Positions 35,454-40,792 of a stretch of DNA of 40,792 nucleotides are shown here, one piece after another; position 1 is the stretch's first letter; each line of letters begins with the position of its first letter. The notes below the pieces were generated by a model. That model ran no database searches. It had not been told where the DNA came from and was given only the letters and a program-made list of their open reading frames with translations. Source of the stretch: an archaeon (GTDB lineage Archaea; Nanobdellota; Nanobdellia; SCGC-AAA011-G17; PNOQ01); contig JAIOSD010000020.1 of assembly GCA_021107835.1 (NCBI GenBank), positions 1 to 40,792 on the forward strand, given 5' to 3'. The translations under genes and the position numbers were made by a program.

Positions 35454-37256
35454 ATGGTAGACGTATTCCTAAATGAAAGATTTGTAGGCTCGGTCTCAGA
35501 TGTAAATGAATTTCTTAATAACATTAAAAAACAAAGAAGAGAAGGCATTATCCCAGAAAAGCTAAATATAGGTTTCTATGAAGCATTAAATGAGATACAT
35601 GTAGAAACTACCAAAGGAAGATGTAGAAGACCTTTAATCATAGTAGAAAACGGAAAATCAAAACTAACCGAAGAACTATTACAAAAAATAGAAAAAGATG
35701 AAATAACTTGGGAAGAATTAATAAAACAAGGAATAGTTGAATACTTAGACGCAAGAGAAGAAGAAAATACTTTCGTTGCATTAGATGAAAAAGATATAAC
35801 AAAAGAACACACCCATGTAGAAGTTTCACCAATTACAATATTAGGGTTATGTACCTCCTTAATTCCATTTTCAAACTTTGGAAGTTCTTCAAGATTAATT
35901 AGAGGTTCCAAACTTCAAAAACAAGGATTAGGATTATATGCATCAAATTTCCCACTAAGAATGGATACTGATGCAAGCATTTTACACTACCCACAACGCC
36001 CAATAACAAAAAGTTTCATGCATGATGTATTCAATTATGATGCCCATCCAAATGGGCAAAATTTCACAATTGCAGTTATGAGTTACGAAGGATATAATAT
36101 GCAAGATGCAGTTATAATCAATAAAGGTAGCATAGATAGAGGTTTAGCGCGTTCAACTTATTTCAAACCTTATTCTGCAACAGAATTAAGATACTCTGGA
36201 GGATTAAGAGATGAAATAGACATTCCAGATAAAGAAGTAAAAGGATATCGTTCTGAAAGAGACTATAGGCATTTAGAAGACGATGGTTTAGTTTATACAG
36301 AAGCTCAAGTAGAACCAGAAGATGTAATAATTGGAAGATCAAGTCCACCAAGATTCTTAGGTAGTCTAGAAGAATTTAATATTGCGGTAAATACTAGAAG
36401 AGAAAGTTCGATTGCAATCGGAGAAGGTACAAAAGGAATCGTAGATATGACTTTCTTAACAGAAAATGAAGAAGGAAACAGATTAATCCAAACTAGATTA
36501 AGAGAACAAAGAATTCCTGAAATAGGAGATAAATTCTGTTCAAGACATGGACAAAAAGGAGTTATAGGGATGTTAGTTCCCCAAGTAGATATGCCTTTTT
36601 CATCAAGAGGGATAATCCCAGACATAATCTTCTCACCTCACAGTATCCCATCAAGAATGACTGTATCCCATTTACTAGAAATACTTTCTGGAAAAGTTGG
36701 AGCATTAAGTGCAAAACAGATAGATGCTACAACATTCGACAATCCTTCTGAAAAAGATTTAAGAAAAGAATTGCTAGATTTAGGATTTTCCGAAGAAGGT
36801 AAAGAAACACTATACAACCCCCTAACTGGAAAAAAACTTCAAGCAAAAATTTATGTTGGAAATATATATTATCTAAAGCTAAAACATATGGTAGCAAACA
36901 AACTTCACGCAAGAGCAGCAGGAAGAATTCAATTATTAACACGACAACCTGTTGAAGGAAGGGCAATGGGCGGAGGATTAAGAGTGGGAGAAATGGAGAA
37001 AGATTGTTTAGTAGCACACGGGGCTTCTTTATTATTAAAAGAAAGGTTTGATTCAGATAAAACAATACTCCATATTTGTGAAAACTGTGGAATTTTCGCA
37101 ACTTATGATAGTTATAAAAACAAAGCCATTTGCACCAGATGTGGGGGAGAAGCAAAAGTTTCCCCAGTAGAGATAAGTTACGCATTCAAATTATTATTAG
37201 ATGAAATAAGAACAATTGGAATAGACTCCAAAATAAACCTAAAAGAAAAATTTTAG
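35454..37256 (+). CDS. rpoB1: RNA polymerase subunit B' (Rpo2C)
   Basis: GYNMQDA, GDKFCSRHGQKG, PHSIPSRMT, KLKHMV, GGLRVGEME, and a Zn ribbon. Confidence 0.97.
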   Translation: MVDVFLNERFVGSVSDVNEFLNNIKKQRREGIIPEKLNIGFYEALNEIHVETTKGRCRRPLIIVENGKSKLTEELLQKIEKDEITWEELIKQGIVEYLDAREEENTFVALDEKDITKEHTHVEVSPITILGLCTSLIPFSNFGSSSRLIRGSKLQKQGLGLYASNFPLRMDTDASILHYPQRPITKSFMHDVFNYDAHPNGQNFTIAVMSYEGYNMQDAVIINKGSIDRGLARSTYFKPYSATELRYSGGLRDEIDIPDKEVKGYRSERDYRHLEDDGLVYTEAQVEPEDVIIGRSSPPRFLGSLEEFNIAVNTRRESSIAIGEGTKGIVDMTFLTENEEGNRLIQTRLREQRIPEIGDKFCSRHGQKGVIGMLVPQVDMPFSSRGIIPDIIFSPHSIPSRMTVSHLLEILSGKVGALSAKQIDATTFDNPSEKDLRKELLDLGFSEEGKETLYNPLTGKKLQAKIYVGNIYYLKLKHMVANKLHARAAGRIQLLTRQPVEGRAMGGGLRVGEMEKDCLVAHGASLLLKERFDSDKTILHICENCGIFATYDSYKNKAICTRCGGEAKVSPVEISYAFKLLLDEIRTIGIDSKINLKEKF

Positions 37257-37259
37257 AAA

Positions 37260-39830
37260 ATGGCAGAAAACATAACAAAAAAAGTAGACAGCATCCAATT
37301 TAGTATGATAACCCCACAAAACATCAAAAAAATGGCGGTAGCAAAAATAGTTACACCAGAACTATATGACAGGGAAGGATATCCTGTTGATGGGGGCCTA
37401 ATGGATATTAGACTAGGGGTTATCGATCCGGGATTAAGGTGTAAAACATGTGGACAAAAATTAAAAGAATGTCCAGGACATTTCGGATTCATGGATTTAG
37501 CTAGACCAGTTGCCCATATAAAATATGTAGATATGATTTTAAAATTCTTAAGAACTACTTGCAGCCAATGCGGAAGAATTCTCGTAGAAGATGAAAAAAT
37601 AAAAAAACATCTAGAAAATGTTTCTTTAGCAGAAAAAGAAAGAAGATATAAAGTAAAAAATAATTTAGTTTTAGCGTTTATAAATTCTATAAAATTAATA
37701 AAAAAATGTCCACACTGTAAGGCAAAACAAAAGAAAATAACAATAGAAAAACCATCTACAATGTTAGAAGATGGAAAACGATTAAATCCTATCCAAATAA
37801 AGGGAAGATTAGAAAAAATAAACGATGCAGATGTTTCTGCCTTAGGATTAGATCCCAAATTTGCAAGGCCAGAATGGATGATATTAGATATTTTGGCAGT
37901 CCCACCAGTAACAATTAGACCTAGCATTACTTTAGAAAGTGGTGAACGTTCAGAAGATGATCTTACCCACAAATTATCAGATATTGTTAGAATCAATCAA
38001 AGATTATTTGAAAACATAAATGCAGGAGCCCCAGAAATAATTATAGAAGACCTATGGGATCTACTTCAATATCATGTAACAACTTTCTTCGATAACCATA
38101 TTGCACAAGTACCAGTAGCAAGACACAGATCAGGTCAACCACTTAAAACACTAACTGAAAGAATAAAAAGTAAAGAAGGGAGATTTAGACATAATTTAGC
38201 AGGTAAAAGAGTTAACTTCTCTGCAAGAACTGTTATTAGTGGAGATCCAAAAATAAAATTCAATGAAGTTGGTGTTCCACTAGTTGTAGCAAAGGAATTA
38301 ACAATCCCAGAAAAAGTGACTGATTGGAATATAAAATGGTTAAAGGAACTAATAGAAAAAGGTCAAGAAAATTATCCTGGAGCAAATTATGTAATAAGAC
38401 CTGACGGAAAAAAGAAAAGAATAACTGAAGAAACAAAAGAACAATTACTAGAAGAATTACAACCAGGATACATCGTAGAGAGACACCTAATAGAAAAAGA
38501 TATTTCAATTTTCAATAGACAACCTAGCCTACACCGAATGAGTATAATGTGTCACAAAATAAAAATTTTGCCTGGAAAAAGTTTCAGATTAAACCCTGCA
38601 GTCTGCACTCCTTATGGTGCAGATTTCGACGGTGATGAAATGAATTTACACATTCCTCAAACAGAAGAAGCAAGAGCTGAAGCAGAAGTTTTAATGAGTG
38701 TCCAAAACCATATTATAAGTCCAAAAAATGGATTAAATATTATAGGCTCCATAGAAGATGCAATTTCAGGACTATATTTACTAACTAAAGGATTAACATT
38801 TACTAAAGAAAACGCAATAGAATTGCTAATAAGTGCCGGAATATACGACAAAAAGATGAGAAATTCTAAAGACAAAGTAACTGGAAAAGAAATTTTCAGC
38901 ATTTTGTTACAAGAAGATTTCAACTTCGTAGGCACTTCAAAGGACGGAAACAATGTAATAATAAAAAATGGTAGTTTAAAAGAAGGAATTATCGATAAAG
39001 CATTAGTTGGAGAAGATAATGGACAATTGATAAGAGAGATATACGCCAAATATAACGAAGATGTTGGAATAGATTTCTTAGCAAAAATTTTCAAATTAGG
39101 GATAGCAACACTACTATACTCAGGATTTACAATTGGAATATCCGATTCGGACATCCCAGAAAAAGTTGATAAAAAAAACGAAGAACTAGTAAAAAAAGCA
39201 AAAAAAGATGTAAACGCAATAATTAAAATCTATGATGAAGGAAAATTAGAATCATTGCCTGGAAATACAGTTGAAGAAACTTTAGAACTAAAAATAACTG
39301 AAGTTCTAAATAAAGTTAGAAATGATATTTCTAAACAAGTAAGCAACACTGTAAACGAAGACAATCCTACAATCATTATGGCAAACTCAGGAGCAAAAGG
39401 AAACCTACTAAACGTAGCAATGATGTCTTCATGTGTAGGCCAACAAGCAATAAGAGGAAAAAGGGTAAAGGGAAAAATGCATGGAAGGGCCCTTTCAATA
39501 TTCAAGAAAAATGATTTAAGTCCAGAAGCCCATGGGTTCATAGAAAAAGGATATAAAAAAGGAATGTCTCCTCACGAATATTATTTTGGAGCAATGACAG
39601 GAAGGGATGCCCTAATGGATGTAGCATTAAGAACACCAAAATCAGGTTATTTGTATAGAAGATTAGCAAATGCATTACAAGATTTAAGAATAGAATATGA
39701 TTCCACTGTAAGAGACGCAGAAAAAAGTATTGTTCAATTTAAATATGGTGAAGATGGTATAGATATATCAAAAAGTGATGGTGGAAAAATTAATGTTAAA
39801 AAAATAATAAAACAGATTCAAGGAAAATGA
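37260..39830 (+). CDS. rpoA1: RNA polymerase subunit A' (Rpo1N)
   Basis: CKTC..CPGHFG, GKRVNFSAR, NRQPSLH, ADFDGDEMN, SGYLYRRL. Confidence 0.97.
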   Translation: MAENITKKVDSIQFSMITPQNIKKMAVAKIVTPELYDREGYPVDGGLMDIRLGVIDPGLRCKTCGQKLKECPGHFGFMDLARPVAHIKYVDMILKFLRTTCSQCGRILVEDEKIKKHLENVSLAEKERRYKVKNNLVLAFINSIKLIKKCPHCKAKQKKITIEKPSTMLEDGKRLNPIQIKGRLEKINDADVSALGLDPKFARPEWMILDILAVPPVTIRPSITLESGERSEDDLTHKLSDIVRINQRLFENINAGAPEIIIEDLWDLLQYHVTTFFDNHIAQVPVARHRSGQPLKTLTERIKSKEGRFRHNLAGKRVNFSARTVISGDPKIKFNEVGVPLVVAKELTIPEKVTDWNIKWLKELIEKGQENYPGANYVIRPDGKKKRITEETKEQLLEELQPGYIVERHLIEKDISIFNRQPSLHRMSIMCHKIKILPGKSFRLNPAVCTPYGADFDGDEMNLHIPQTEEARAEAEVLMSVQNHIISPKNGLNIIGSIEDAISGLYLLTKGLTFTKENAIELLISAGIYDKKMRNSKDKVTGKEIFSILLQEDFNFVGTSKDGNNVIIKNGSLKEGIIDKALVGEDNGQLIREIYAKYNEDVGIDFLAKIFKLGIATLLYSGFTIGISDSDIPEKVDKKNEELVKKAKKDVNAIIKIYDEGKLESLPGNTVEETLELKITEVLNKVRNDISKQVSNTVNEDNPTIIMANSGAKGNLLNVAMMSSCVGQQAIRGKRVKGKMHGRALSIFKKNDLSPEAHGFIEKGYKKGMSPHEYYFGAMTGRDALMDVALRTPKSGYLYRRLANALQDLRIEYDSTVRDAEKSIVQFKYGEDGIDISKSDGGKINVKKIIKQIQGK

Positions 39831-40792
39831 CTAAATTGTATGAAAAATATCAAGATAAGCTCCCAGGAAGAGTACTAGATGAAATCAAAAAAGAATCTAA
39901 AGAAAGAAATCTTAGTTCTCAACAAATATCAAAAGTTTTAGCACAAGCACAAAAAGAATACGAAGCAACATTAATTGCACCTGGAGAAGCAATTGGTATA
40001 ACTACTGCAGAAAGTTTTGGTGAAGCAGGAACTCAAATGACATTAGATGTATTCCATTTAGCAGGAGTTGCAGAAATTCAAGTTACAAGAGGATTACCAA
40101 GATTAATCGAATTGTTTGATGCAAGAAAAGAACCATCCACCCCGAGCATGGAAATATATTTAAAAACAGAACACACAAAAAATGAAAAAACAATAAGAAA
40201 AATTGCTAGTTTTATAAAAGAAATTAAATTAGAAGAAATAAGTTCCGAATTTTCGTTAAATATAATGAAAGGGTCTATTGAAGTAGATTTAAACATGGAA
40301 AAAATAAAAGCATTTGGATTTAAAAAAGAAGAAATAATAGAAAAAGTAAAAAAAGAATTAAAAAATGTTAATGTTAAAGAAACAAAAAGGGGATTAATAA
40401 TTACTTCGGAAGTTGAAGATTTAAATTTAAGTGGAATGTATAAATTAAAACAAAGTGTTAAAGCAGTTCTACTTAGAGGAATTAAAAAAATCACACAAGT
40501 CCTTCCAACCAAAAAAGATGGAAAATATGTAATTATGTGTGCTGGCTCAAATATGAAAGATATCCTAACAATGAACGAAATTGATGCAAAATTAGTAACC
40601 TCAAACAATATATTTGAAATCGCTTCAACACTAGGTATAGAAGCTGCCAGACAATCAATAATAAACGAGGCAGTATCTGTCGTAGAAAATCAAGGATTAG
40701 ATGTGGACATAAGACATGTTATGTTCCTTGCAGATATAATGACTCAAACAGGGGTTATAAGAGGAATTACAAGGGGAGGGATAAGTGGAGAA
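39827..40792 (+). CDS. rpoA2: RNA polymerase subunit A'' (Rpo1C), truncated at window edge
   Basis: ATGA overlap with rpoA1; PGEAIG..AESFGEAGTQMTLDVFHLAG, TRGLPRLIE, LGIEAAR, DIRHVM.LAD.MT. Not in the ORF track because it has no stop in the window. Confidence 0.96.
   Translation, partial: MTKLYEKYQDKLPGRVLDEIKKESKERNLSSQQISKVLAQAQKEYEATLIAPGEAIGITTAESFGEAGTQMTLDVFHLAGVAEIQVTRGLPRLIELFDARKEPSTPSMEIYLKTEHTKNEKTIRKIASFIKEIKLEEISSEFSLNIMKGSIEVDLNMEKIKAFGFKKEEIIEKVKKELKNVNVKETKRGLIITSEVEDLNLSGMYKLKQSVKAVLLRGIKKITQVLPTKKDGKYVIMCAGSNMKDILTMNEIDAKLVTSNNIFEIASTLGIEAARQSIINEAVSVVENQGLDVDIRHVMFLADIMTQTGVIRGITRGGISGE

Noticed and set aside
34285..40608. Long minus-strand ORFs opposite the rpo genes (for example 37253-37996, 38657-39154, 40078-40608)
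   Set aside because: Antisense open frames arising from codon bias of the rpo genes; Ser/Phe/Ile-rich with no motifs.
1..40792. CRISPR array, integrase, transposase, att duplication of tRNA 3' ends, inteins in rpo genes, alternative genetic code
   Set aside because: No regularly spaced repeats or recombinase motifs seen; rpo subunits have ordinary lengths; TAA, TAG and TGA all terminate conserved genes.

Overview
AT-rich chromosomal window from a DPANN archaeon, most likely Woesearchaeales/Pacearchaeales-like. This assignment is inferred from the archaeal split RNA polymerase operon rpoH-B''-B'-A'-A'', Rpp30, AK6, TrmB, intron-containing tRNAs, and TATA boxes about 22-26 nt upstream of apparently leaderless starts. 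Left to right the window holds: two Cys-rich secreted beta-helix surface proteins (one >1631 aa, missing from the ORF track because it runs off the left edge); housekeeping and nucleotide genes (rnp3, AK6, pyrH, a degenerate tmk coupled to thyX); a divergent energy cluster (acs-hppA opposite korA-korB-minimal [FeFe]-hydrogenase); a small atypical island with two RxxxxH HEPN-like proteins and small membrane proteins; ferredoxin, a MetV-like protein and EamA; a Lit-like DUF1461 gene, sufS, lgt and a DsbA-like gene; a regulator-rich island next to an intron-containing tRNA-Tyr; tRNA-Asp and tRNA-Lys, the latter with a 17-nt T-loop intron; and the RNAP operon. The most striking observations are bacterial-type Lgt plus a Lit-like gene in an archaeon, the compact PPi/acetate/H2 module, RNAP active-centre substitutions (NADFDGD to GADFDGD), the HEPN plus membrane-protein island, and the perfect BHB intron at tRNA position 59/60. 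I saw no CRISPR array, integrase or transposase. All family calls come from motif recognition by eye, not database searches.
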